Origin: a virus
Lineage: Duplodnaviria; Caudoviricetes
Virus record (IMG/VR): IMGVR_UViG_3300027963_003275
Span: 10,774 to 74,773 of that record
Reading direction: 5' to 3' (one strand)
Length of the DNA stretch: 64,000 bases
The notes under the pieces are model-generated. The model ran no database searches and was not told the origin of the DNA. It was given only the letters and a program-made list of their open reading frames with translations. Both the position numbers and the translations under genes were made by a program. Position 1 is the stretch's first letter. Every line of letters starts with the position of its first letter. Shown here piece after piece: positions 1-9,533 of this stretch.

Positions 1-123
1 CCAGGTCAAATAAATATAGCGGGTCTTCCACCAGATAATCCCCCAGTAAGAAAGAAGAATAAATACATATATGGAGCGGGATTCCGCAAAAATTGGTTAC
101 AACGAAGAAACCCACAACCATAA
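1..123 (+). CDS. 3' end of conserved cyanophage hypothetical protein (partial)
   Basis: Open frame 1 reads PGQINIAGLPPDNPPVRKKNKYIYGAGFRKNWLQRRNPQP* and resembles the small gene upstream of primase in T4-like cyanophages. Confidence 0.6.
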   Translation, partial: PGQINIAGLPPDNPPVRKKNKYIYGAGFRKNWLQRRNPQP

Positions 124-131
124 TCAATCCA

Positions 132-524
132 ATGTATAGTCCCCCTCAAACAATAGAAACAAAGGTTGCAATCCTTGAGGAGAAAATCCATACAAGTGAG
201 CAATTGATGCAACGTATTGAGAGTGCGATTGAAAAGATAAGTGAAGTAAATGCAAATGTAACTAAAATGCTTATAGTTCATGAAGAAAAGATTAATAATG
301 GGGAAAAGATGGAAGATGTACTCTTTTCTAAGATAGATCAGTTAAAGGATAAAATGGATAAAGACCATACTGCGGTATTGGCAAAGTTGCAAGGATTAGA
401 AAAGAAAGTTTGGATAGGTATTGGAATAGTATTTTGCTTATCATTTGTAGTTAGAAACGCAGATTTCTTTGGAAAAATCTTGACACCAGCACAAGACAAC
501 GGTAGAATAGAGAGACTGAAATAG
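132..524 (+). CDS. hypothetical coiled-coil protein with C-terminal transmembrane segment
   Basis: ATG at 132 within ORF 93..524; heptad-like helix followed by hydrophobic VWIGIGIVFCLSFVV. Confidence 0.7.
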   Translation: MYSPPQTIETKVAILEEKIHTSEQLMQRIESAIEKISEVNANVTKMLIVHEEKINNGEKMEDVLFSKIDQLKDKMDKDHTAVLAKLQGLEKKVWIGIGIVFCLSFVVRNADFFGKILTPAQDNGRIERLK

Positions 525-536
525 TATTCTTTTGCA

Positions 537-1538
537 ATGAGTTTTGTTGATTCCAAATACATCGGGTTGGTTTCTTCCCGACTGGATAAGTTTGCTAAGA
601 AGAAAGAAGGTCTTTATAACTTTCGGTGTCCTTACTGTGGTGATAGTCAAAGGACAAAAAGTAAAACGAGAGGATATATTTACCAATTAAAGAATGATCA
701 CAATTTTAAATGTCATAATTGTGGGACTTCTAGAACATTTACGAACTTTTTGAAAGATATGGATACTGTTCTTTACGACCAGTATGTAATGGAGAGATAT
801 AAAGAGGGAACTACTGGAAAAAGGTCTCAAACAAAGAACCCAGAGTTTAATTTTGAGAAACCAAACTTTTCAAAAAAGGCATTTGACCTGCCTACTATCG
901 CAGAACTAAATAAAGAACACTCCGCAAGAAAATACCTAGAAGATAGAAAGATACCCAACAACTATCTGCGTGAATTGTATTTCTGTGAGAAGTTTAAAGA
1001 ATGGACGAATACTCAAAAACACACCTTTGATAAAGTAGAAAAGGACGAACCACGAATCATTATTCCTTTAATCAATAAAGGAGAAATATTTGGATTTCAA
1101 GGTCGTAGTTTAAATAAAAATTCAAAGGTAAAATACATTACAATTATTCTTGATGATGTACCTCCAAAAATTTACAATTTGGATAAACCAGATTACGATA
1201 AAACTGTTTATGTTGTTGAAGGACCATTTGATAGTATGTTTTTAGATAATTCAATTGCTATGGTTGGTGCAGACATTGACAAAATGTTTTTTGTTTCTAA
1301 CTTTGGAACAGATTTTGTAATGGTATATGATAATGAAAAACGGAATAAACAAATTGTTGATAGAATGGAAAAAGCAATACAAATGCGATTTCCAATTGTC
1401 ATTTGGCCAAATGACTTGAAAGAAAAGGATATTAATGATATGATCCTATCAGGAATTGATGCTCCAAAAATCATCAAGGAAAATACTTATATGGGACTAG
1501 AAGCAAAAGCAAAACTTATTGGATGGAAACGAGTATGA
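537..1538 (+). CDS. gp61: DNA primase (T4 gp61-like)
   Basis: Zn ribbon CPYCGDS...CHNCG, TOPRIM VVEGPFDS, YDNE, KDINDM. Confidence 0.97.
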   Translation: MSFVDSKYIGLVSSRLDKFAKKKEGLYNFRCPYCGDSQRTKSKTRGYIYQLKNDHNFKCHNCGTSRTFTNFLKDMDTVLYDQYVMERYKEGTTGKRSQTKNPEFNFEKPNFSKKAFDLPTIAELNKEHSARKYLEDRKIPNNYLRELYFCEKFKEWTNTQKHTFDKVEKDEPRIIIPLINKGEIFGFQGRSLNKNSKVKYITIILDDVPPKIYNLDKPDYDKTVYVVEGPFDSMFLDNSIAMVGADIDKMFFVSNFGTDFVMVYDNEKRNKQIVDRMEKAIQMRFPIVIWPNDLKEKDINDMILSGIDAPKIIKENTYMGLEAKAKLIGWKRV

Positions 1539-3832
1539 GCAACGGCACAAAAGTAGTTAAGAGAAGTGGTGATAATGAACCTCTTGATCTAAATAAACTT
1601 CACTTGATGGTTGAGGAGGCATGTAGAGACCTCTCTGGTGTTTCTGCATCACAGGTAGAGATGCAATCTGGTATTCAATTTTATGATGGAATCACCACAG
1701 CAGAAATTCAGGAGATTTTAATTCGTTCTGCTTCTGATTTAATTGATTTGGATAATCCAAATTATCAGTTTGTTGCAGCAAGACTACTTCTGTTTTCTGT
1801 AAGAAAATCTTTGTACGGAAGAGTTCAAGATCATCCTGATTTTGTCGAACACATTAATAGTTGTGTAGATGTTGGAGTTTATGATCCAGAAATTTTGACC
1901 AATTATACGAAAGAAGAACTTGATAGACTTGGTAGTTATATCAAGCATAGTAGAGATTATCTTTTCACCTATGCTGGTCTTCGTCAAGTAGTTGATAAGT
2001 ATTTGGTTCAAGATCGCAGTAGTGGTCAAGTATATGAAACTCCACAGTTCATGTATATGATGATTGCTGCTACTATTTTTGCTAGATATCCAAAAGAAAC
2101 ACGTCTCTCATATGTGAAGAGGTATTATGACGCAATCTCAAAACACAAAATCAACATCCCAACTCCCATTATGGCAGGAGTTAGAACACCTCTCAGGCAG
2201 TTTGCTAGTTGTGTTCTTGTTGATGTTGATGACACCTTGGATAGCATCTTCAGTAGTGATATGGCTATTGGGAGGTATGTTGCTCAAAGGGCAGGCATCG
2301 GCATCAACGCAGGTCGCATCCGTGGCATCAACGCTAAAATCAGAGGTGGAGAGGTACAACACACAGGTGTGGTCCCCTTCCTTAAAAAGTTTGAAGCAAC
2401 TGTGCGATGTTGCACACAAAACGGCATCAGAGGTGGTTCTGCTACAGTCCACTTTCCTATCTGGCATCAAGAAATCGAAGACATTCTAGTCTTAAAAAAC
2501 AACAAGGGTACGGAGGATAATCGTGTTCGTAAGTTAGATTACAGTATCCAAATCTCTAAACTGTTCTATGGACGATTTATTAAAAACGAAGAAATCTCAC
2601 TTTTCTCTCCACACGCAGTTCCTGGTCTTTATGCTGCTTTTGGGACTGATCGATTTGACGATCTTTATGTTGCTGCAGAACGAAATGAATCTATTCCTAG
2701 AAAGACTATCGGAGCTCAAGAACTCTTTTTGGACCTTCTAAAAGAAAGAGCAGAAACTGGTCGTATTTACATTATGAATATTGACCACTGCAACTCACAC
2801 TCTTCTTTCTTGGATAAGGTGGAAATGAGTAATTTGTGCCAGGAGATAACACTTCCTACAGTTCCACTTCAACATATTGATGACCCTAATGGTGAGATTG
2901 CACTTTGCATTCTTTCTGCTATTAATGTCGGTAAAGTAAAATCAGATGAAGAGTTTGAGGATCTTTGCAATCTTTCTGTTCGTGGTTTGGAAGAATTGAT
3001 TGACTATCAAAACTATCCTGTAGTTGCTGCAGAGATTGGAACTAAAGCACGTAGGTCTTTAGGTGTTGGTTACATTGGTTTAGCACATTATCTTGCCAAA
3101 CTTGGGTTTAATTATGATACTCAAGAATCTTGGGATGCAGTTCATCAATTGTCTGAATCATTCCAATATTTCCTTCTTAAAGCATCAAATGAAGTTGCTA
3201 AAGAAAAGGGTGCTTGTGAATATTTCAATCGTACTAAATATTCACAAGGTATTCTTCCTATTGATACTTACAAGAAAGATGTAGATGAAGTGTCTTCTGT
3301 TCCTCTTCAGCACGATTGGGAAGCACTAAGACAGTCAATTAAAGAGTTTGGATTGAGACACTCTACTCTTACAGCACAAATGCCATCAGAATCAAGTTCT
3401 GTAGTTTCAAATGCAACTAATGGAATTGAACCTCCTCGTGGATTCTTATCAATTAAGAAATCTAAAAAAGGACCTCTCAAACAGATTGTTCCACAGTATC
3501 AACATCTTAAAAACAACTATACGTTGCTTTGGGATATGCCTAGCAATCGTGGGTATATTAATATTGTTGCAGTTATGCAGAAGTTCTTTGATCAAGCAAT
3601 TTCTGGAAACTGGTCGTATAATCCAGAGAATTATGCCAATAATGAAGTTCCTGTTAGCGTAATGGCACAAGATATGCTTACTTGTTTTAAACTGGGACAT
3701 AAGACGGCATATTATCAAAATACATATGACAATAAGACTGATGAAGTTAAGGAAGATAAAGTAAGTATTGATGATTTAGTTAAAGAACTTTTAGAAGGTG
3801 GAGAAGAAGATTGTGAATCCTGTAAAATTTAG
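1535..3832 (+). CDS. nrdA: ribonucleotide reductase class Ia alpha subunit
   Basis: N-terminal ATP cone, TPIMAG, SCVL, SNLCQEI catalytic motif, C-terminal CESCKI; ATGA overlap with primase stop. Confidence 0.98.
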   Translation: MSNGTKVVKRSGDNEPLDLNKLHLMVEEACRDLSGVSASQVEMQSGIQFYDGITTAEIQEILIRSASDLIDLDNPNYQFVAARLLLFSVRKSLYGRVQDHPDFVEHINSCVDVGVYDPEILTNYTKEELDRLGSYIKHSRDYLFTYAGLRQVVDKYLVQDRSSGQVYETPQFMYMMIAATIFARYPKETRLSYVKRYYDAISKHKINIPTPIMAGVRTPLRQFASCVLVDVDDTLDSIFSSDMAIGRYVAQRAGIGINAGRIRGINAKIRGGEVQHTGVVPFLKKFEATVRCCTQNGIRGGSATVHFPIWHQEIEDILVLKNNKGTEDNRVRKLDYSIQISKLFYGRFIKNEEISLFSPHAVPGLYAAFGTDRFDDLYVAAERNESIPRKTIGAQELFLDLLKERAETGRIYIMNIDHCNSHSSFLDKVEMSNLCQEITLPTVPLQHIDDPNGEIALCILSAINVGKVKSDEEFEDLCNLSVRGLEELIDYQNYPVVAAEIGTKARRSLGVGYIGLAHYLAKLGFNYDTQESWDAVHQLSESFQYFLLKASNEVAKEKGACEYFNRTKYSQGILPIDTYKKDVDEVSSVPLQHDWEALRQSIKEFGLRHSTLTAQMPSESSSVVSNATNGIEPPRGFLSIKKSKKGPLKQIVPQYQHLKNNYTLLWDMPSNRGYINIVAVMQKFFDQAISGNWSYNPENYANNEVPVSVMAQDMLTCFKLGHKTAYYQNTYDNKTDEVKEDKVSIDDLVKELLEGGEEDCESCKI

Positions 3833-4997
3833 AGTTAATACAGAGAAAGAAAAAATGATCGAAGGAATGACCGTATTTAATACTCAAGAGATAGATGCCA
3901 AAAAGCAACCTATGTTTTTTGGTGCTCCTCTTGGAGTTCAAAGATATGATTCATATAAGTATCCTGTCTTTGATAAACTGACTCAACAGCAGTTGGGATA
4001 TTTCTGGAGACCAGAAGAAGTTTCTTTACAGAAAGATCGTGCAGATTATCAAACTCTTCGACCAGAACAAAAGCACATCTTCACTTCTAATTTGAAGTAT
4101 CAAATTCTTTTGGATTCAGTTCAGGGTCGTGGACCTGGAATGGCTTTTACACCTTATTGTTCTCTTCCAGAATTGGAAGCGTGTATGAAGGTTTGGGAAT
4201 TTATGGAAATGATTCATAGTCGTTCCTATACATACATTATTAAGAATGTTTACTCTGATCCCACAGAAGTCTTTGATTCTATTTTGAGTAATGAAAAAAT
4301 TCTTGAACGGGCATCATCAGTAACTGGTGCTTATGATGACTTTATTAATTCCGCACAACATTATGGAAACTCAAATCTTTGGGTTCATGCACAAGAAGGT
4401 GCTGGAACTGCAAAGGATGAAAGATATGAACTCAAAAGAAAACTCTATCGTGCAGTAGCAAATGTCAATATTCTCGAAGGTATCAGATTCTATGTCTCTT
4501 TCGCTTGCTCGTTTGCGTTTGGTGAACTCAAACTTATGGAAGGATCCGCTAAAATTATCTCTCTCATCGCAAGAGACGAAAATCAGCACCTTGTTATTAC
4601 TCAAAACATCCTCAATAAATGGCGTGAAGGAGATGATCCAGAAATGCAACAAATTGCTAAGGAAGAAGAGGAATGGGTAAAAGGTGCCTTTGAGAATTGT
4701 GTGAATGAGGAAAAGAGGTGGGCAGAATATTTGTTTAAGGATGGTTCAATGATTGGATTGAACGATAAACTTCTTTGGAGTTATGTTGAATGGATTGCGA
4801 ATCGTCGTATGAAGTCTATTGGTATTAAACCAATTTATGATATTGCTGCTAAAAACAATCCACTTCCTTGGACGGAGCATTGGATTAGTTCCAAAGGACT
4901 TCAAGTAGCACCACAAGAAACGGAAGTTGAGAGTTATGTGGTTGGTGGGATTAAACAAGATGTAGAAAAAGATACATTTGCTGGATTTCAACTATGA
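3813..4997 (+). CDS. nrdB: ribonucleotide reductase class Ia beta subunit
   Basis: FWRPEEV, EMIHSRSY, LEGIRFYVSF, DENQH di-iron motifs, APQETEVESY tail; GTG start at 3813 inferred. Confidence 0.97.
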   Translation: MNPVKFRVNTEKEKMIEGMTVFNTQEIDAKKQPMFFGAPLGVQRYDSYKYPVFDKLTQQQLGYFWRPEEVSLQKDRADYQTLRPEQKHIFTSNLKYQILLDSVQGRGPGMAFTPYCSLPELEACMKVWEFMEMIHSRSYTYIIKNVYSDPTEVFDSILSNEKILERASSVTGAYDDFINSAQHYGNSNLWVHAQEGAGTAKDERYELKRKLYRAVANVNILEGIRFYVSFACSFAFGELKLMEGSAKIISLIARDENQHLVITQNILNKWREGDDPEMQQIAKEEEEWVKGAFENCVNEEKRWAEYLFKDGSMIGLNDKLLWSYVEWIANRRMKSIGIKPIYDIAAKNNPLPWTEHWISSKGLQVAPQETEVESYVVGGIKQDVEKDTFAGFQL

Positions 4998-5000
4998 TGT

Positions 5001-5026
5001 GAGGGGGTTTCGACCCCTCTTTTTTT
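5001..5026 (+). terminator. intrinsic terminator after nrdB
   Basis: GAGGGGG-TTTCGA-CCCCTC hairpin followed by T tract. Confidence 0.85.
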
Positions 5027-5034
5027 TATAAATA
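5027..5034 (+). promoter_or_regulatory. T4-type late promoter
   Basis: Exact TATAAATA, 23 nt before ATG 5058. Confidence 0.8.
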
Positions 5035-5057
5035 AAAAGAAGGTATTGCTTACTCAT

Positions 5058-6668
5058 ATGTCTGGAACTTTTAAGTTTAAAAGAATTTATAGTGAAGGTG
5101 TTGCAGCAGAGCATCCAGATGTTGCGGGACAACCAGAATTTGCGAATAAGGCAGATGCTGAAATTACTCGTAGAAGAAAAGAAAGAGCAAAGAAAGCAGG
5201 ACCACAACTTCCTGGATTTTTAAAGAAAGAAGAAGTAGAACTTGGTGAAGCACATTGGGACCCCGTAACTAAAACAGTTGGTGATAAGAAGAGAACTGGA
5301 ACTGACTCAGAACTTCAAAAAATGGCTGCGAAAGCAGCAGCATCTGGACCTAAGAAAAGAAAACCACTTGGTTCAGTTCGTAAGAATAGTGCGACCTTCA
5401 CGCCATCTTCACCAGAGCAAGCAAAGGCAGATAAGAAGAGTTGGGATACTTATTGGGAAGGTTCTTGGAAGCACAAGAGACAGAATGAATCAATTGATGT
5501 AGGTGCTGATGCTGGTGCGACAATCAGTGATTTCTTTCATTCAAAGAGCAAAACTTTTAAGGATGATAGTAAGAAGCAAAGAATTAAGAGAGCACTTGGT
5601 GCTTATTATGCGGCACAAAAAGAAGAAACAGAAAACATTTATGATTATGTAATTGAAACTTTGGTTGATAGTGAATTCGCAGAAGATTATGAGACTGCGG
5701 AAAATATATTTGAACATATGAGTAGTGAATTTCTGGCAGTTATCCTTGAAGAGTATATTGAAGAAGCAAGACGTTCAAGAACTGAAAGAAGAGCAGCAAA
5801 TGCTGGAAGAAAGGGATATGATGCTAAAGGAAATCCAATTCCCAGAGTAAGTACAACACACGTTATACACGATGTGGATGATAATGTCGCAGACCAAAGA
5901 CATCCAGATGCTGCTAAAATTGATTTATACAAAAAGAACTCAAGTTCTTATAAACACGTTAAAGCAATGACCCCCAGTGAATTTGCCCATACCCCACTTG
6001 AACTCAAACATGAATATGGATTTAATGAATTTAGAAGTTCTAAAAAGTTTAAAGATACTACTAAAAAAACAAAAGTAGCTGGAATGGGAGATAGTCCAAG
6101 AAGACCCGCAAAAAAATCTGTTGTTACTGCTCGTGGAGGATCTCCATTTGGAAGCAATAAACCTAGCACTCCTATGGATGACCCAGGATCATTTGTGAGA
6201 GATTTGAGAGATAGAATTGGGGTGAGAGGTTTAAAAAGAGCAGATGTTCATTTTACTGGTGGAATGAATAAAGGATCAAACAGAGGTCTTTCTGGTCCTG
6301 AAAAAAAGGGTAAATTAGTTTCAAAAATTGTAGACCCAAGTGATAAAAAACTAATTACAACTGATGATCACCTTGGTAATACAAGAGCTATGGCTGCTGC
6401 CGCAAGTGCTGCTGCTCCACAGGCTAAAGTTATAGCATATCAATCAAGACCTTCTACAAGAAAACCAAAAGGAAAAGGAAAAGTTGGAGATATAGTTCCA
6501 AAAAGAGTTGGTAAGGAAAATAAACCAGGAGATACTAATATAGGAATAAGAGCAAACACAAATCCATCAAAATCAACTAAAGAAACACAAAGAAGAAGAC
6601 AAAGAGCAAGAAGAGGTATGGGAGAAGAGATGAGTTCTTATGAGTACTGGAAACAGTTTATTGATTGA
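5058..6668 (+). CDS. large basic late protein, probable internal virion protein with HAD-like domain
   Basis: Late promoter upstream; acidic EE/LxE linkers between basic modules; DVDDN...VVTARG...TTDDHLGN resembles HAD motifs. Confidence 0.6.
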   Translation: MSGTFKFKRIYSEGVAAEHPDVAGQPEFANKADAEITRRRKERAKKAGPQLPGFLKKEEVELGEAHWDPVTKTVGDKKRTGTDSELQKMAAKAAASGPKKRKPLGSVRKNSATFTPSSPEQAKADKKSWDTYWEGSWKHKRQNESIDVGADAGATISDFFHSKSKTFKDDSKKQRIKRALGAYYAAQKEETENIYDYVIETLVDSEFAEDYETAENIFEHMSSEFLAVILEEYIEEARRSRTERRAANAGRKGYDAKGNPIPRVSTTHVIHDVDDNVADQRHPDAAKIDLYKKNSSSYKHVKAMTPSEFAHTPLELKHEYGFNEFRSSKKFKDTTKKTKVAGMGDSPRRPAKKSVVTARGGSPFGSNKPSTPMDDPGSFVRDLRDRIGVRGLKRADVHFTGGMNKGSNRGLSGPEKKGKLVSKIVDPSDKKLITTDDHLGNTRAMAAAASAAAPQAKVIAYQSRPSTRKPKGKGKVGDIVPKRVGKENKPGDTNIGIRANTNPSKSTKETQRRRQRARRGMGEEMSSYEYWKQFID

Positions 6669-6722
6669 TATTAAAAAACACTAAATAAATATAGAAAAGT
6701 ACTTTTTACTGCTCCTAAGAAG

Positions 6723-8633
6723 ATGAATAAAAAAGATTTAGACGCATTGAACGAGTTATATTTAAGTGTTTATGATGAAGAGCAGTTATTGAATGAAGGA
6801 CCTTATAGTGCTGATAAAGTACAAATGGTTCAACAATTACAACAAGCTAGAGATGACTTTGCCTCAATGGGTGGGTATGCTGGATGGTCACGAGCACTTG
6901 CGGCTTCTGGTGACAGTGCTAGGGCAAAAAAATATATGCAAAAGTCTCAACAAATTGGTGATAAAAAAAGAGCAGAACAAACAGCTGCTTCTGCTAGACA
7001 ACAAAGTCAAAGAACACAAAATAGAGCAGATGATATTGCTGCATACAGAAACGCATTTGGTACACCAACAGCAGCAGTACAAAAACCACCAGTACAAAAA
7101 CCAAAACCTTTTGAATATAACAGCAAAAATCTAGGAGATAAACAAAATGCTGAGTTTAGGGCTGGTGGTGGTAACGCAGCTGTTGGTGACTCATATACCG
7201 CTGCAGATGTAGTTGCTCGTGGAAGGGCAGCACTAAAAGCAAAAGCAGAAACAGCATCTGGTGGTTCTGGTGGTTCTGGTGGTTCTAATAGACCAGCGGC
7301 ACCAAAACCATCTTCACCAACTCCTGCTGCGTCGGCACCAAAACCATCTTCACCAACTCCTGCTGCGTCGGCACCAAAACCAGCAGGTTCTCCAATGGAC
7401 CAATGGAGAGCAGCAAATTCAAAACTTGCTGCTGCGGCAGATGAAAAAGCAAGAATTCGTGGAACTCAACAGACTGATAATCCTTTAATGAAGGATATGA
7501 GGTCAAATCTTCCAATGAACTCTCCTTCAGTTCAGTCTCCAGCAGTTGCTAAACTTGGTGCAGGTAATCAAAGTTTAGTTAACAATCCAAACGCAATCAA
7601 AGCAGCACCTCCCAAACCAACAGAAGCACCAAAACCAAAACCACAAATGAATTCATACGAATGGCCTTCTGCAAAAACAATTAGAGAAATTGCAGGTGCT
7701 TATGCTTCAATTTACGAAGCAAAGAAAAAAGTAGACCAAGACGAAGATGGTGATAATGATTTTGCGGATATAAGAATTGCGAGAATGATTGCTTCTGGTG
7801 TTCCCAAAGCAAAAGCAATTGCTATGGTGAAGAACAAATCTTATAATGAAGAAGTTGAACTTTGGGTAAATGAACTTATTGAAGAAGGTTATGACCTAAG
7901 TGGATATACTTGGGATGATATGTTTGAGATTTATGAAGCAACTGCGATGGCTAAGAGAGGTTATGATGAGACTGCAATTCGTAATACAATTGCTAATAAA
8001 ACTGGTGATAGTGGTGCTGGTGCGTTTGCAGACAAAGCAACTGCATTAGCAGGTCGTGAAACTTATGGTGACAATAAAAAGAAAGAGGGTAGAGAAAATC
8101 TTGCAAGAAAGCAAAGAGGCGATTTCCGTAATACAACTTCTTCATCTCCTGGTCTTCGTGGATATGCTCACAAGTCCAATGACCCTGCAGTAAAAGCAAA
8201 GCAGGCAGCAAGAGGAGCACAAAGAAGTGCTCTAACCCCAAGAGAAAAAAAGCAACTCAATAGAGAGGCATATGAAGCATATGAGTTTGTAGCATCATAT
8301 CTTTTAGAGAATAACTTTGCATCAACCGTTGATGACGCAAATGTGATTATCAACAATATGAGTGAGGGTTGGTTTGAAAGTATTATGGAAGAAAAGAAAC
8401 CTCTTCCTGTTGCTAAAATGAAAAGAAAGGAAAGCAAGCTCCTTGATAATGAAGAGGGACAACTACAAGCACTAAGAACTGATTTTGGTTCTAAGGAAAG
8501 AAAGGCAAGAATAAAAGAACTTGAAAGGTTTGATAACATCAATGGTGTAAGAACAAGTGTTGCTAAGAGAGGTGGTAAGCAACAGCATTCAATGCCTGAA
8601 ATTGGAAGATTTAAACCAAAAGATGAAGATTGA
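6723..8633 (+). CDS. large low-complexity late protein, probable internal virion protein
   Basis: CTAAATA at 6681; modules such as EEVELWVNELIEEGYDLSGYTWDDM and DQDEDGDNDFAD; Pro/Ala repeats. Confidence 0.6.
   Translation: MNKKDLDALNELYLSVYDEEQLLNEGPYSADKVQMVQQLQQARDDFASMGGYAGWSRALAASGDSARAKKYMQKSQQIGDKKRAEQTAASARQQSQRTQNRADDIAAYRNAFGTPTAAVQKPPVQKPKPFEYNSKNLGDKQNAEFRAGGGNAAVGDSYTAADVVARGRAALKAKAETASGGSGGSGGSNRPAAPKPSSPTPAASAPKPSSPTPAASAPKPAGSPMDQWRAANSKLAAAADEKARIRGTQQTDNPLMKDMRSNLPMNSPSVQSPAVAKLGAGNQSLVNNPNAIKAAPPKPTEAPKPKPQMNSYEWPSAKTIREIAGAYASIYEAKKKVDQDEDGDNDFADIRIARMIASGVPKAKAIAMVKNKSYNEEVELWVNELIEEGYDLSGYTWDDMFEIYEATAMAKRGYDETAIRNTIANKTGDSGAGAFADKATALAGRETYGDNKKKEGRENLARKQRGDFRNTTSSSPGLRGYAHKSNDPAVKAKQAARGAQRSALTPREKKQLNREAYEAYEFVASYLLENNFASTVDDANVIINNMSEGWFESIMEEKKPLPVAKMKRKESKLLDNEEGQLQALRTDFGSKERKARIKELERFDNINGVRTSVAKRGGKQQHSMPEIGRFKPKDED
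7297..7382 (+). repeat. 36-bp coding tandem repeat (~2.4 copies; APKPSSPTPAAS)
   Basis: CGGCACCAAAACCATCTTCACCAACTCCTGCTGCGT exact at 7297 and 7333, partial at 7369. Confidence 0.95.
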
Positions 8634-8652
8634 TACAATATTACAATTCATT

Positions 8653-8678
8653 AAAGCACCTTGACAGGTGCTTTTTTT
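8653..8678 (+). terminator. intrinsic terminator
   Basis: AAAGCACCT-TGAC-AGGTGCTTT followed by T tract. Confidence 0.85.
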
Positions 8679-8689
8679 ATGACTATAAT
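8661..8689 (+). promoter_or_regulatory. sigma70-type early promoter overlapping terminator
   Basis: TTGACA-N17-TATAAT, perfect consensus. Confidence 0.85.
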
Positions 8690-8751
8690 CACTCTGTTAG
8701 GGTTGAAAGATAAGTTATATCTAAATAACTTGAAGATTATTAAGGGCCCGA

Positions 8752-9198
8752 ATGAGTTATGAAAACCCTTGGTTATATCAAGGAAAAGTTTTTGAGACAG
8801 AAGATATTCAAGAGAATTTTGGATTTGTTTATTTGATAAGTTGTGAAGAAACTCAAAGAAAATATTTGGGAAGAAAATACTTTTGGTCTTTTAGAACACC
8901 AAAAGGAAAGAAAAGAAAAGTAAAACAAGAAAGTGATTGGAAAAATTATTATGGTTCTTGTCCTGAATTAAAAGAAGATATAAAGAAATATGGAAAGGAT
9001 AAGTTCCAAAGAACTATAGTGTCTCTTCATAAGACATTAGGTAAGACAAACTATGAAGAGACAAGGCAATTATTTTTAAATAACGTCCTGACGGAAGCAC
9101 TTGACAGTGGAGTTCCTGCGTATTATAATTCAAATGTCATGAATCGATATTTCAGGAAGGATTACTTTAATGCGACTTCATATCAAGAAAATCTGTAA
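8752..9198 (+). CDS. GIY-YIG family nuclease
   Basis: GFVYLI...KYLGRK motif, WKNYYGS, conserved late E and YNSN. Confidence 0.75.
   Translation: MSYENPWLYQGKVFETEDIQENFGFVYLISCEETQRKYLGRKYFWSFRTPKGKKRKVKQESDWKNYYGSCPELKEDIKKYGKDKFQRTIVSLHKTLGKTNYEETRQLFLNNVLTEALDSGVPAYYNSNVMNRYFRKDYFNATSYQENL
9101..9129 (+). promoter_or_regulatory. sigma70-type promoter inside the GIY-YIG gene
   Basis: TTGACA-N17-TATAAT, 40 nt before ATG 9170. Confidence 0.75.
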
Positions 9199-9364
9199 TG
9201 ATACGATACAACAACATATTGATCGTATGCACGATTTGTGTGAAGAGGGTAGAGCAAGAGATGCGAAATGTATCTATGATGAGATCCGTGATTGGGTAAT
9301 TCAAAAAGAAAACCTTGAAGTATTATCACTTGATTATATCAGTGGAAAATTTTTAGATTTTTAA
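9170..9364 (+). CDS. hypothetical protein
   Basis: 64-aa ORF downstream of a consensus promoter. Confidence 0.65.
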   Translation: MRLHIKKICNDTIQQHIDRMHDLCEEGRARDAKCIYDEIRDWVIQKENLEVLSLDYISGKFLDF

Positions 9365-9459
9365 TGATTTCTAAATACTCTGATATAATGCAAAAATCCA
9401 TTTTTGGATTCCTATTATGAGTAGGTTTTAATATTATGAGAATTTGATTGTGAAAATTA

Positions 9460-9523
9460 GAGCCCAGGAAAGTGCCTCCCGAGAGGGTTGGTGTACCCCC
9501 TTTCTATTGGGATGTAGAGTTCA
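9460..9523 (+). ncRNA. candidate structured 5' leader RNA
   Basis: GC-rich island in AT-rich spacer; CCCA/TGGG and GAAAG/CTTTC stems enclosing CCC-GAGA-GGG GNRA hairpin. Confidence 0.45.
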
Positions 9524-9533
9524 ATTAATTTAA

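Noticed and set aside
1535-4997. Inteins or introns in nrdA/nrdB
   Set aside because: Lengths are normal and no splicing motifs or insertions are visible
7297-7382. 36-bp repeats as a CRISPR array
   Set aside because: Direct in-frame tandem copies without spacers
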